Source of the DNA: Amphiscolops sp. MND2022
Taxonomy: Eukaryota
DNA: 64,000 nucleotides
NCBI GenBank assembly: GCA_964187785.1
Contig: OZ076409.1
Coordinates: forward strand, 60,946,001 to 61,010,000
Direction of reading: 5' to 3'
Shown here: positions 35,165 to 47,900 of the stretch, in pieces
How positions within the stretch are numbered: the first letter of the stretch is position 1
Layout of the letters: each line of letters opens with the position of its first letter
Position numbers and translations under genes: made by a program
Notes under the pieces: generated by a model
What the model was told of the DNA's origin: nothing
Seen by the model: the letters and a program-made list of their open reading frames with translations, nothing else
Database searches by the model: none

Positions 35165-37190
35165 TCAACCGTCAATACAGTCAGATTTAATTTTTGACCT
35201 ACTACCCCCTTTGGTAATTGTTTTCGTACAGTTTAAGATATGTATATGGTTTCCACGACACATGTATAATGATATGGTCCTACTTTCCACAGTCGCTTTC
35301 GTGGCCATCGAACAGTGAATGCTATTTTGGTGGAATCCAAGACAATATGCTCAAAATGGTGGAAACCAGGACAATACACTCAGATTTAAATATTGACGTA
35401 CTACCCCCTTTGGTAGTTGTTTTCTTACAGTTTAAGATTAGTATGCGGTTTCCACGACACATGTATAAAGTTACGGTCTTACTTTCCACAGTCGTTTTAG
35501 CTCATTCGTTGAATGTGATACTACGAAAATGGCAGTTTATCAAAATCTGCCAGATTTTGATGACAAGCTAGATAATATTAAACGCCATGTTGTTCGAAAA
35601 CGCCATTCAAACATTGAGAAATTTTTCCTTGACCATAGGACGGCATAATAGATTTTGAATTTTGACGTACTACAATACAGTCAGAATTAAACCTTGTGTC
35701 TTTTTTTCCCCTGCGGTCGCTTGGGGAGGGGGCATTTAGCGCAATTAATGACGAAATACAATTACCTTTGAAAAAGACGGCAAGGTAAAAGCCATTTACA
35801 ATTAAATAATTAGAACCAAACACTTTAATCTAACTTTATTCTGACATCAAAGCAGTATTTCAACCAATAAGGGTTAACCAAAAAGTTTGGCTTTCAATTA
35901 CATTTCTTTCATTCTTGCCAAACAAACTCAAACGATCCAGTCTCTATTCTTTTTTGTCATCATTCAGGACTCGTTCTGCCATCAATCAGCCTCTCTTACC
36001 AGGTCATCTGTACTCGGTCTCTCCGCAAACCCTCTTCTGCACCCAGTCTCTCTCCACAATTCATACATCTGTACTCGTTTTCGCTTCTTGCTTCAATGGA
36101 TAAAGTCATCTCACAAAATGGCGAAAACGGAGTTAACAAATTACCTGGAAAGTCGCATGCCCCACGCAAAGTTGGGTTTTGCTACTACTGCCAAGTGTTC
36201 TACCCCAACGGGAAAACAAAGTACGAAGTTACCCAAAAAAACACGTACGATGAAGAGATCATTTTCGATGACATCTGGAGACCGAACAATAATCTTCACG
36301 TCAAGCCTTTTAGGTCTCAGCTCTAAACACAACCAGTACCCCTGAAATCAAATCCAGTACAGCAGAAATCCAAAGAAGAAATTATAAGCCCTCTGGAGCC
36401 ACTCTTTCACTACTGCTTCAACAGAAGAAACTTGTTGATTTGTTCTTTTCATATATATTTTTGTACTTAGATGATCAATTAATTTTATTCATATACAGTC
36501 ATTTTCGGTACAAAGCTCTCAATTTTTTGAGTTAACGTAGACCGAGAAACGCGCAGAGAGAGGAAGATGAATTATATATTGCACAAATATTCGTGGACAA
36601 AAAAGTAAAGCTAGAGCCAGTAAATTTGGCTAACGAAGTCCTAGTCTAATTAAAACAAAACATTGAAAACAAGTTGGCAAGGCAATTTGATGTAAAATGG
36701 CATTTGTTCATAATTGTCTTTTTGTCAAAATATGGCAGATTTTTATCAACTGCCATTTTTCGAAAGCATTTCACGAATGAGCTAGTTCTTGAATGGTACT
36801 AAAACGACTGTGGAAAGTAGCACCATATCGTTATACATGTGTCGTGGAAACCACATACTAATCTTAAACTGTAAGAAAACAACTACCAAAGGGGGTAGTA
36901 CGTCAATATTTAAATCTGACTGTATTGTCCTGGTTTCCACCATTTTGAGCATATTGTCCTGGTTTCCACCATTTTAAGCATATTGTCCTGGTTTCCACCA
37001 AAATAGCATTCACTGTTCGATGGCCACGAACGCGACTGTGGAAAGTAGGATCATATCATTATACATGTGTCGTGGAAACCACATACATATCTTAAACTGT
37101 AAGAAAACAACTACCAAAGGGGGTAGTACGTCAATATGTAAATTTTGATATACCGTATTAGTGTCATGGAAATTTTGCCTAATTACAGTT
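35165..37190 (+). mobile_element. Cargo cassette copy 4
   Basis: Arm A(+) 35165-35570, cargo, arm A(-) 36650-37180. Confidence 0.85.
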
Positions 37191-37240
37191 ATTTTCGGTA
37201 CAAAGCTCTCAATTTTTTGAGTTAACGTAGAGAGAGAGTG

Positions 37241-39985
37241 TGTTGACGATTACGAACTCAAGGGAAATAAGAGATTTCAGTAACAACTGTGAATTAGTCT
37301 AGAATGTGATGTTATGGCAATTGGTGTTATTTTGCCACTTTGGCTAAGTTTGGCAGGTTGTTATTATTGCGTAATTTAATTGTTTTCACACATTCGTTTT
37401 CTCATGCATTAAGTAATTCAGTTCAGTATTCTAAGCTCTACTACACTTCCCTCTTTTAATGGTAAAATGTGGGGGTTGGTATAGCTTCACTAGGTAACAA
37501 TTTTACTGCATCAGATTCTTGGGTAGCTTGTAATTGGCTCCCGTGTTAGCCAATAAATATATAGTAATAATGTACAGTGTTACTCAATGTTTTAACTTTA
37601 ATAAATAAAATAACAATAATAACTAAAATTCTCGATTATGTTTCTACAACATAATTATAGCAACGTAGGATAATGTACTGGTTAATTCAATTAGGTTGGG
37701 TAATACTGATTTTGAATTAACTCAACAATTTAAGTTTAGCAACAGAGCAATGTTTGGTTTTTGTTTTAATTTTGTTCAAAGGGTTCTACCTCGAACACAC
37801 TTGGGAAGCTCTCTTCCGTACCAGTTGCTTCTGGTTCCACTCGGGTTACCATTATGTTATTACCCAGCCAGTTGGGTTTCTTGTGTCTTCTTTTGGAGCT
37901 TCGCGTTGGAGCCTTCTCCTTGTCCCATTTCACGCTTCCTTTTATGGGTACCTTCTTTTCTTCTTGTTTTTCCCCCATTTCTTCTTCTTTTTCTGATTGT
38001 TCTTCTATTTCACTTCTTGCTTCTTTGATTTGAACTGCTTGTTCGGGGCTTGCTTCTTTTTCTGCAAATTTTTGTCTGGCGTTGTCTTCCTCTTCCGAAT
38101 GTTGTTCAATTGTTATATTTGGCAATTGTTCTTCTTGTGGCATTTTTGGGATTTGACCCATTTCGGAACTGCTTGTCGATTCCCGCCCAATTGGCTGGAT
38201 TTGCTTCGCTGGCTTTTCTTGGAATTTGGATTTCTTCTTGGCAGTTTCCTTCTTTGCCGAACTTGTGCTTTGTCCCAATTTGGCAACATCGCGCTTGGAG
38301 TAGATGGTCTCCTTTCCGCCTTTTGGAAGCACCGTTAACGTGTTTTCACTTTGGTGAATTACTTGTCCTTTGATCTTTTTGAAATTTCCTTCAAGTTTTG
38401 TCCCCTTTACTCTCTCTCGAACAAGAATTGTCGAATCGGCCTCCTCACTGAAATCATCAGGCTCGATCTGGAGTTGCGGATCTTTCTCTAAAATACACTT
38501 TCTGATCATAGCCGACTTTAACGTGTTTGGTTTTCTACCCATTTGCCTTTCATAAGCCGATGTGTTATCTACCCCTTTTTCCGTTCTTAGTGCAAATAGA
38601 ATATTTGACAATCCTGATGTATCCTTTTGGACTACTATTTTTCTATTTGTTCTAAGTCTTTCATTCACCGCTCTAATCATTCTTTCTACTTTCCCATTGC
38701 CCCGGTGGTCTCGAATGGGGCAGATTATATGTTGGATAAATCTTTCCTGACAAAACTGTTGAAATTTTTCTCCTTTGAACACCGTCCCTGGATCTGTTCT
38801 AATCCTTTTTGGAATTCCGTTCGTTGCTATGTATTCTACTAAAAATTCTACGACTTTCTCTGCCGACGGGTTAGGTAAAAACATTGCATCTGGCCACCCC
38901 GAATTATTGTCTACCGATACTAGTAAATATTTCTTTTGTTTATATGCATTTTGAAATGGTCCGGCAAAATCTAGTGAAATTTCATCATTTGGGTTTTTAG
39001 CTTCAGGTATCTTTCCAAATTCTTTTTGACTATTTATACATTTAAGATTCTTACCTGCTTTCTGGCATTCGGTACAACTTTGTGCTTTTTCTACAATCTC
39101 ACGGTGGATTCTGGGCCACCACACGTCTGATGCCTCCCGTAACATGGCATCTCTACCAGCATGCCCGAAGTGTATGACTCTTAATACGTTTTCACGCATA
39201 TCTTTCGGAATTACCAGCCTTTGGTCCATATATAATAAGTTTTTCGAGTCCAGGCTAAATGAGTTGAATTTCTCTCTCCAAGGGGGAGGTAAACGAGAGA
39301 TTACTGCCGGGTTTTTATCTTTGACTAAACTAATAATTTTTTGAATGTTGCGATCGTTCTCATAATTCGCTTGGATATAAAATTGGCTGATTTTTGATTT
39401 CGACAAATCTTTGGCTTCTGCCATTTTATCGTTAAACCGATGTTTTGCCTTTTGTTTACTAATGGCACTCAACTGCGTAGGCGTATGAATTGTCAGCACA
39501 CTATCGTTCTCACTTTCGTTTCTTTTGTTATCAAGCTTGAATCTGATTGGTTCATTTTTATTGGCCGGTTTCTTATTCAATGGCGGAACGATTTCATCTA
39601 CTACATTTATTGTAAACCAACTATTAAACATTTCTTCCGCTTTTACAGTTGATCCACAATATTCGGTCGGGTGTCGTGAAAGGTAATCAGCTAATCCTAT
39701 TGTTCTACCCGGTGCGTGTATTACGGAAAAGTCGAATGGAAGTAGTCTGTCTACCCACCTAGTTAACCTACTGGAAAAGGTTTTATTTCCTTTATTTGCT
39801 TTTAGTACACTCTGAAAGGCTTTATGGTCTGACACTACTCCAAATGTTTCACGGTAAACGTAATTTTTGAAATGTTCAATTGCCCACACTACTGCGAGTA
39901 GTTCTAATTCATTTATCGAAAACTTCGCTTCCAATTCCGTTAGAAATCTTGATGCATAAGAAATTGGCTTCCAGCCCATATCTTT
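37241..39985 (-). mobile_element. Gypsy 3' half (fourth family) with PPT and a ~205-bp 3' LTR (37241-37445)
   Basis: AAAAGAGGGAAG|TGTAG...TCAACA on the - strand. Confidence 0.9.
37766..39979 (-). CDS. 5'-truncated Gypsy pol: RNase H + integrase, 737 aa open
   Basis: YASRFL...ELELLAVVWAIE...SDHKA; HFGHAGRD...CTEC; LDFAGPF/RTDPG/GKVERMIR. Confidence 0.9.
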   Translation of the reverse strand: MGWKPISYASRFLTELEAKFSINELELLAVVWAIEHFKNYVYRETFGVVSDHKAFQSVLKANKGNKTFSSRLTRWVDRLLPFDFSVIHAPGRTIGLADYLSRHPTEYCGSTVKAEEMFNSWFTINVVDEIVPPLNKKPANKNEPIRFKLDNKRNESENDSVLTIHTPTQLSAISKQKAKHRFNDKMAEAKDLSKSKISQFYIQANYENDRNIQKIISLVKDKNPAVISRLPPPWREKFNSFSLDSKNLLYMDQRLVIPKDMRENVLRVIHFGHAGRDAMLREASDVWWPRIHREIVEKAQSCTECQKAGKNLKCINSQKEFGKIPEAKNPNDEISLDFAGPFQNAYKQKKYLLVSVDNNSGWPDAMFLPNPSAEKVVEFLVEYIATNGIPKRIRTDPGTVFKGEKFQQFCQERFIQHIICPIRDHRGNGKVERMIRAVNERLRTNRKIVVQKDTSGLSNILFALRTEKGVDNTSAYERQMGRKPNTLKSAMIRKCILEKDPQLQIEPDDFSEEADSTILVRERVKGTKLEGNFKKIKGQVIHQSENTLTVLPKGGKETIYSKRDVAKLGQSTSSAKKETAKKKSKFQEKPAKQIQPIGRESTSSSEMGQIPKMPQEEQLPNITIEQHSEEEDNARQKFAEKEASPEQAVQIKEARSEIEEQSEKEEEMGEKQEEKKVPIKGSVKWDKEKAPTRSSKRRHKKPNWLGNNIMVTRVEPEATGTEESFPSVFEVEPFEQN

Positions 39986-40827
39986 TTTTTGTTGAAGAAC
40001 CGCTCCTTGAGCAATGTTTCTAATATTTCTGTTGTAGAGAAAAGAATAGTGCGAACTGTGTATTATGGCAAAGTAAGGTCAACTGACCCTTTCATCTATT
40101 TTCCCATTTTCTTTCAGAATGGCAATTATTGGTTGTTCACCAACAGTCTAGATATCGCCACTTACAACTTCCTCACGCTCTGCCATATTCCGTTCTTTGT
40201 AAATGAAAGGGCAAAGTAATTATTATCAACTAGGAATGTTAATTTTCGGCACAGCCGAGAATTGCCGAAAACGCCGAAACCCAATAAATTTAGAGTGAAG
40301 GTGCCGAAATCCAACTTGGAAAAACATTCGGAGCAGGCTATTTTTTTACCAATGCGCAGCGGTTTAAAATAGTTCTCTACGAACTTTGAAGTTAAGAGTT
40401 GAGCGGAAGCAATACTGTATTTTAAACAAGACCACGTGGTGAATGGCCGATACATATTTCTAGATGAATACAGTTTCGTTGGTAACAACTTGCTGAATTG
40501 AAAAGTCAAACTGCTCTTTTTTGTATTGTTGAGGTAAAGAGGTTACTAGTGAGTACAAAACTTCTCACATCCCTCTGACTATTAAATAAATACATAAAAA
40601 ATAATGATATAAACATTTCATGTGGTAAAGTTTGTTCGAGATTAGAACTAAAGGTCAACTCTCTCACATATAGGAAAACCAATTTTCGGCAACCGTCGAA
40701 ATGCCGAAAACTGCCGATAAAGCCCATTTTTTGCAGAAAATTAACTCAATTCTTATATGGATTTGTTTAATCCAATTGAAAAAGCAAAGTTGATGCTCTA
40801 AGTTTCTTCGAAAAATTCCGACTTTTG

Positions 40828-40915
40828 TTTACAGACGGGGCAAGTTACAATGTTTTACTTGGAAAACAATTGCTTTTAACTTATCCCAACTTAGTTCATA
40901 TTACTTGTTTGTTAG
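40828..40915 (+). pseudogene. hAT-like transposase fragment
   Basis: FTDGASYN...TYPNLVHITC resembles the hAT second-D / CxxH region. Confidence 0.45.
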
Positions 40916-41099
40916 ATACAATGATACTCCGTTATATAATTTCCGAAATTTACAATTTTTGCCAAAAATCGTGTTTTTCAGCCAAATTTCTGCCAAAAAC
41001 AGCTTTTTTAGGACGAAAATTGGTTTTCCTACTCACATCCTTTCAACTAAACTCGAATTGTACTTCTATCAATGTAAGTTAGAGTACAGAAGCATCATA

Positions 41100-42262
41100 A
41101 CAAAATAGCTGTAGTATCAACGGTAACAAGGCACAAGGGTGATTACTATATCAATGTAATGAGTGTAAACTGGAACTGCATTACTAATGTAATAATAACT
41201 TAAATGTATATATGTAAGATACATCAGTTTGTTTGCTTAGAGTTTCAATTGAGTTTTCAATTACGTTCCTCTAGGGCTGTTCGCTCTCAATCTTCATTAT
41301 CATGACATTATTTCCAAAGAAATTGGTTTTTTGTCGTTGCCTCTCGCCTCGTCTTGCATTAAATTGTTCTTCTTGAAGTGCCTCCTGTCTGTGTGGCAGC
41401 TTCTGTGATTTTGGCACTTTTTGTTTTCTCGCTAATTTCTCTGGTCTTGGCACTTCATCTGTTTTTTCTTGTTCTTCATCATTTGATCCGTTGGACTCAA
41501 TTGATCCGTTGGACCTTCCTTCTGTTTCACTCTTTAGCTTTTCTTCTGTTTCCTTTTTTTTCTGTCATTTTTTCTGCTGTTTGTATCTCCTCCTCTTTAT
41601 CGTTCTCAATTTCTGCTGTTGTCTCCATCTTCTTGCCGTTCTTTTGCTTCTTCTTAGCTTTTAATTTCTGTTGTCGTTTTCTGATTTTTTCCTTCAGTTT
41701 AGTTATTGATGGTTTAATTTTTTCTTTTCCTTTTTTTTCGTTTTCATTTTCTATACTATCCACATTACATGTAATTGATTGACTTGGCGGGAATTGAGTA
41801 TTTGCTTCATTCACTGTAGTTGCCTCAGTAATTGCTTCAACGTCGCTTTGTAACTCGCTTTCACTGTCATTGTGGGTTGACCAATCGCTAGATTTTGCCA
41901 CTTTGCTTGTTTTGTGCATATCTCTCTGACTTGCCAATAGCCGTTGATCTGCTTGTTTGGATGAGCACGGTTGATCTTCTAAACTGTAATTACTGTGACC
42001 AATGTCTCGTTTTGACAGAATTGTGGGTGTTTTCCTTGGTGCTGGAAGGAAGGATATTGTGTGCTCCGATTGAGTTAGAAGCGATCCTTTTTTCTTCTTG
42101 TATGCACACTCCAGTGTACTTCCACGTACCCGCTCTCGTACCAAGATCGCTGAATCTTGGCCAGATTCAAAGTCCGTCTCCGTCAATTTGACGTCCTGGT
42201 TTTCTAAAATAGACAGCCCTTTGTTTATAATCAGAATCTTTATGGTATTAGGTTCCTGGGTC
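41100..42262 (-). mobile_element. Gypsy integrase C-terminal fragment and 3' UTR
   Basis: TDFESGQDSAILVRERVRGS...; RQKTNFFGNNVM. Confidence 0.85.
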
Positions 42263-42848
42263 AACCTGGGTTGTCATGATGGATCATAGTATGATGGATC
42301 ATAGTATGATCATACTATGATCCATCATCTTTCATAGTATGAACATAGCATGATCATAGTATGAGAAACGATGAATTCTAGATTGAAAGTCGAGATGTCG
42401 GACATGGTAACCTCCTGTAAACAAAGTTCACAAATTGGATACCGAGTCCTTATGCTGTATTTTTAAGGAGGCACTCAGCTCGTGAGATATAAGTATCCCA
42501 CTTGACGAGACCCACGACGAGAACGTGGCCTCCGTTGGGTCTCAAAAATCTAAAACTTGGGCAAAACTGCAACAAAATTATGGAAATCAGCTACTGAAAG
42601 AAGAATTAGATCTAAAACCTGGGTCAATTTGATCTAAAATCATCAGAAGCTTTGGAAAGTCAGCGAAGAATATCTAAATTATGCATAATTTTATCTCTAA
42701 ATCGAGAATAAGAACTGAAACTTGGGCAAATTACCTTAAGGGTCTACAGACACTAGCAAGTATTTCTTGGATTTTATGGCGTTCTGAAACGGCCCCACAA
42801 AATCTATAACTATCTCTTGAATATTTTCTGTACACTATGGTAGTGTTA

Positions 42849-43261
42849 CGTATATTCTGGCAAATAAGCCCACCCCCCCTTTTTCTGAATTGTTGGTGGT
42901 CAAAAGTTTGGGGAGGGGGCTTATACGACGAACATAAAACGAAGACCCGTTCTTTCAGAATAAAAATTTTGACATGACATGTGATCGTGAGTTGCAGTTG
43001 ATTTTCTTTTCGAACAAGACTCAGAGCTAGAGGAAATGACAGATGATGCCTCCGATTTTAGTCCCTGAGAATTGGAAATTGAATTTAAACCTCGAAAATT
43101 CTTTTAGATTTAGACTTATTGAACTTTTATTTTCTTTTATTTTTCTTGATTTTTTTTGGGGGGGGGGGCTTATATGACGAAATTACCGTAAATCAACAAC
43201 TTCCCCATCAAAATTGGGGAGGTGGGTTTATACGGAGGGGGCTTATTTGCCGGAATATACG
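42849..43261. mobile_element. MITE with Tc1/mariner-style TIRs
   Basis: CGTATATTCTGGCAAATAAGCCC / GGGCTTATTTGCCGGAATATACG; no clean TA TSD. Confidence 0.7.
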
Positions 43262-44000
43262 GTTCCTACTTGTTTTAGAGTTAATAAAGGCCTGATATTC
43301 TTACCTGATTCGGAGCATTGCGGACATGTTCGTGCAATTGCCACCACCTCACGATGAAGTCGTGGCCACCAAACGTGTGACACAGTAGCCAGCATGTTAT
43401 CTCTGCCTGGGTGTCCGTAATGAAGCGAACGAATTATAATAGGACGCAATACTTTTGGAATTATCAGACGTTCGTCCATATATAAGAAGTCATGTTGGTC
43501 AAGACTCAAGCAACGAAACTTTTCTCTCCATGGCGTGGGGAGTCGGTTAATTTTTGTGCTATCGGGTTTTTTTAGTAGGTGCGTAATTTTTTGAAGGAAA
43601 TCGTCAGTCTCATAATGCGCGACAAACGTGAATTTTCGCAACGTTTGTAGGACTTCTATTTGATGTTCTGTATAACAAACCGGCGTTTTGATTGGCGGTT
43701 GATCAGCCACTTGCATTATCTCTTCGCTCATTTTCGCACACTCGCCTATGTCGCCGCTTGAACGTTTAGATCCACTAACTGTATAATTGCTGCTATTTGC
43801 TTGAGTGGCGCTTTGTTTATTTTAGTAATTTTGCTTTCAATTGCCACTTTGATCTCACTTGCCAATTTTTACCTAAATTGCCTTCACTTGCCAGCTGCTC
43901 TCCTATTGGCTGATTCTGATTTGTGCTTGATTTCTGATTTGTTGTTGCTGAAACAGATTTATTATTCTTGATTATCCCATTCACAGTAAGCCAACTATTC
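43262..44000 (-). mobile_element. Gypsy linker + integrase zinc-finger fragment
   Basis: NSWLTVNG...QPI...LHYGHPGRD...CPQC. Confidence 0.85.
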
Positions 44001-44289
44001 CCAAGCAGGGATTGCAATTTTGAATACAATTAATTGCATGCAATTATAATTAATGGCGACTTTGAGGCTTGCAATAACAATTAACAATTTTTGAAAACCT
44101 TAAAAGCAATTAACAATTACAATTGTAATTTCTAATTTGTGCAACTTCGCAATTTTGCTACCATTTATACACAAATTTGCAATTTTTGCAATTTTCCTGA
44201 AAATTTTAATTTATTTACTATTTAGCTATTTTGCTTTACGTTTTTTTGTTTCAGTTAAAAGTATGTCAACAAATGAGACTGATATCAGC

Positions 44290-44790
44290 CTGTATTGTCC
44301 TGGTTTCCACCATTTTGAGCATAATGTCCTGGTTTCCACCATTTTGAGCATATTGTCCTGGTTTCCACCAAAATAGCATTCACTGTTCGATGGCCACGAA
44401 AGCGACTGTGGAAAGTAGGACCATATCTTTATACATGTGTCGTGGAAACCGCATACATATCTTAAACTGTAAGAAAACAACTACCTGAATGTCGATGCTG
44501 AATGCGTTAAATTTTTCCCTCCAGGGAGGGGGAAGACGGGAAACTACAGTCGCGTTTCGCTCTTTAACAAGCTTTATTACCTTTTGGATAGTTTTATCCG
44601 CTTCGTAATTGACCTGGACATAGAACCGGCTAATTCTAGAATTTGCCAAATCGTTTCGACACGCCATTAAGTTGCTTTCTGGTAATTTGGCAACTTGTTC
44701 ACTTTGACTCAAATTGTGCACAGGCTCGTGAACGGTTAATACTTTCGTATTCAATCTTTTCTCGCTTTCTTGCATTCTGATTAGCTTAGC
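44290..44790 (-). mobile_element. Arm A fused to a Gypsy linker fragment (44486-44790)
   Basis: Chimeric ORF 44380-44775: ...RLPPPWREKFNAFSID then arm A sequence. Confidence 0.8.
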
Positions 44791-44956
44791 CCTATTTAAC
44801 GATCACTTGGAAGAATCAGTGTTTTCTTTTAAGTGCAAATAACATTAGGACCAAAATTATTCATGAATAATTTCACCTTTGAAATACTTTTCGTTGCTAT
44901 GAGAAGTCAGAGGGACGGAATATGTCCATGATATCTTTCGTCCGACAAAAAGCCTG

Positions 44957-47900
44957 TGTTATAGCTGGCAATGTTCAGATGAAAACAATGTAGTGCAAGC
45001 AATACTGTATTCTAGATTAGACCATGTGGTTAATGGTCTTCGAGATTATTCTTTTGATACAGTTTGTATTTATTAACAACTTGCAAATTGACATTCTAAA
45101 TTAACTGCCCTCTCACATCCCTCCGTTTAATATTAGTGTACAACTTGTAATAAATAATATAAATACTGTACAAACTCAAATGTAATTTGCCATGTAATAC
45201 TTGACAATTAAACACAAATAGGTATTTGAGAATACCGGTAATAATATACGTTTCTGCTTTCTCAGTTTTTTTTGTTTTTCCAGTTTCTTGATTTCGTTAG
45301 CCCTTGTGCTAAAGATTTCTGGTTTATTCTTTTTGTTCATCGCCTTGGGGCCCGTCGATTTTGGTCACCATGACGTTATGGCCAAAGAAGTCTGTTTTCT
45401 GGCGGTTTCGTGCTCCTCGTCTACGTTCCTGTACTGTGTCTCGCCATGGTGGCATGTTTGATCGGTCTATTTCGTTTTTTGTATCGTTCAGGTTGTTTTC
45501 TCCTGTATTCTCTTGTTTGATGTGATCTTGTTCTTCTTGTCTCATCTCCTCTTCTTCTTCATCAGATTCAATTAAATCGATTACTGGGGGCTCTCGTTTT
45601 CTGGGATCTTTGGGAGTGGTTTGCTTTTCGGTTTCCTTTGTTTTCGCCTGGCTTTTTCCCTCAGCTGTTTTAAAGCTGACTTCTTTTTCTTTATCTCCAC
45701 TTTTATGGTGGTTAGGGGTCTGTTATCTTCGGCGTGTTTTATTGCTATTTCGTCTCCACTCTTCTCCGCTGGAGCCGCGGTATTGTCCAATGAGCGTGAA
45801 GACTCGCTGTGATTGGTTAGTTCGTCTAGAGTTGCCTGTTCGCCGGTGTTTGCCAATTCTTCTTGACTTGCCTGTTTGCCGGTGTTTGCAAATTCTTCTT
45901 GACTTGCCAGTTCGCCAGTGTTTGCCGCGTCTACAGTAGCGTTCTAAAATATTGTAACTCCAATGCTTAAAATTGCGAATTTCAAATCCAAATTTCTTGA
46001 AAACTGTCACAAACACAAAAAAGTGTCAGCTAGGAAAGTTTCTTAGAGTTTTATCTAGTTTACAAAAATGTTTGTTTGAAATTTTTGTGACAAAAAATAC
46101 AAAAGTTAGAAATTGCAAATTTTGACAAAGTTTGATCAAATTTGCACTTTTTCTTGATTTTCACAAAGTTGAAAAAAGATTTTTGAAAAACTTTCAGTCA
46201 ATGATTTGCCCCCAATGCTCCTGAGGTTGCTGATATGATTTGATTGAAAAACTTTTTCGATTTCAAATGAAAACCATCAATTTTCTAAATGCAATTCTTA
46301 TAGCCTATTGTAATACATGTACTTCAGTGCTCATAGACACAAAATATAGTGTAGTTTTTCTGATTCGGAAAAAAATTGTCGATCAAAACAATTCAGCAGG
46401 TTCGGGAGATTATAGAATGTCTCCCAATGAAAAAAAAATCCAAAAATATTTATTCTAAGTTACTCAATTTCCGAAAAAAACTCAAATTTCAATGAAAGTT
46501 CACTAAAATTGTGTTAGTACTTGTTGTGCTAGTTGTTCTCGTAGTTGATTTAGCTGCCTGTCTGCTTCTCGTGAGCTGCATGGCTGTTCGTTACCTGGCC
46601 CCCATTGTCTGTCTGCCTTAGCGATATCTCTTTTAGATATAATTGTTTCTTGGGATTTTCCTGCCGGCAAAAACGTGATGGTATGTTGTGATTGGTCGAG
46701 AAGTGTTCCTTTTCGCTTCTTGTACGCGCTTTCTAGTTTGGTCCCTCGGACCCGCTCCCTGACGAAAAGGGTAGAGTCTTGCCCAGACTCGAAATCAGAT
46801 GGCGACAGTTTGACTTCTGATGATTCTGAAATAGGAGATCCACGACTTGTTACCAGTTTTTTGACAGTGTTCGGATCTATTCCGACGTATTTTTTGTACG
46901 GCGACTTGCCATTTCTCGTTGGATACATGCGCAGAGCAAATAGGATTTCGGATAGACCTGAATGGTCCCTTTCCAGTATGATTTGTTTGTTCGTGCGTAG
47001 TCTTTCGTTTATAATAAGGCGGTTTGCGCAAAATGTTTTGAATCGTTTACTGCAAAAAATAGTCGCCGGGTCGATCCTAATGCTTTTTGGAATGAATGCT
47101 TTTTGCTTAATGAAGCGGTTTGCGCAAAATGTTTTGAATCGTTTACTCCAAAAAATAGTCGCCGGGTCGGTCCTAATGCTTTTTGGAATGCCATGTCTCG
47201 CTATGTACTTCTTAAGGAACTCAATAACTTTTTCTGTCGTAGGCTTTCTTAAAAATTTAGCCTCTGGCCGCCCCGACAAGTGATCCACTGAAACTAACAG
47301 ATATTGTTTTGCTGCGGGTGCGTTTTTAAAAGGACCGGCAAAATCTATTGCGATTTCTTGATTTATCTCACTTACCTTTGGTAGTTTTCCGAATTGTTTT
47401 TGCGTTAGTAATGGTTTAATGTTCTTACCTGCATTTTGGCATTGTGGACATGATTTTGTGAGATTGACGACCTCCCGGTGTAGTCGTGGCCACCACACGT
47501 TTGAAACGGTCGCTAACATCGTGTCCCTGCCGGGATGTCCGTAATGTTAAGAACGAATGATAATTTGGCGTAACGCTTTGGGAATAACTAAACGCTCGTC
47601 CATGTATATAAAATCGTTTGGATCGAGGCTCAAACAGCAAAACTTTTCCCTCCAAGGGGTGGGAAGGCGATTTATTTTGGTGCTATCGGGCTTCTTGAGG
47701 AGAGCCACGATTTTTTGAATGAATTCATCGGTCTCGTATTCTGCGGCGAATGTAAAATTGCCCAACGTTTTTAAGACTTCGATCTGATTGACACTATAGC
47801 ACATAGGTACTTTTAGTGGCGGTTGGTTTGCTGCGTGGCGGAATTCCTCGCTCATCATTTCGCTCGATTGTTCGGCTTCGCTGACTTTTGACGTGTTAAT

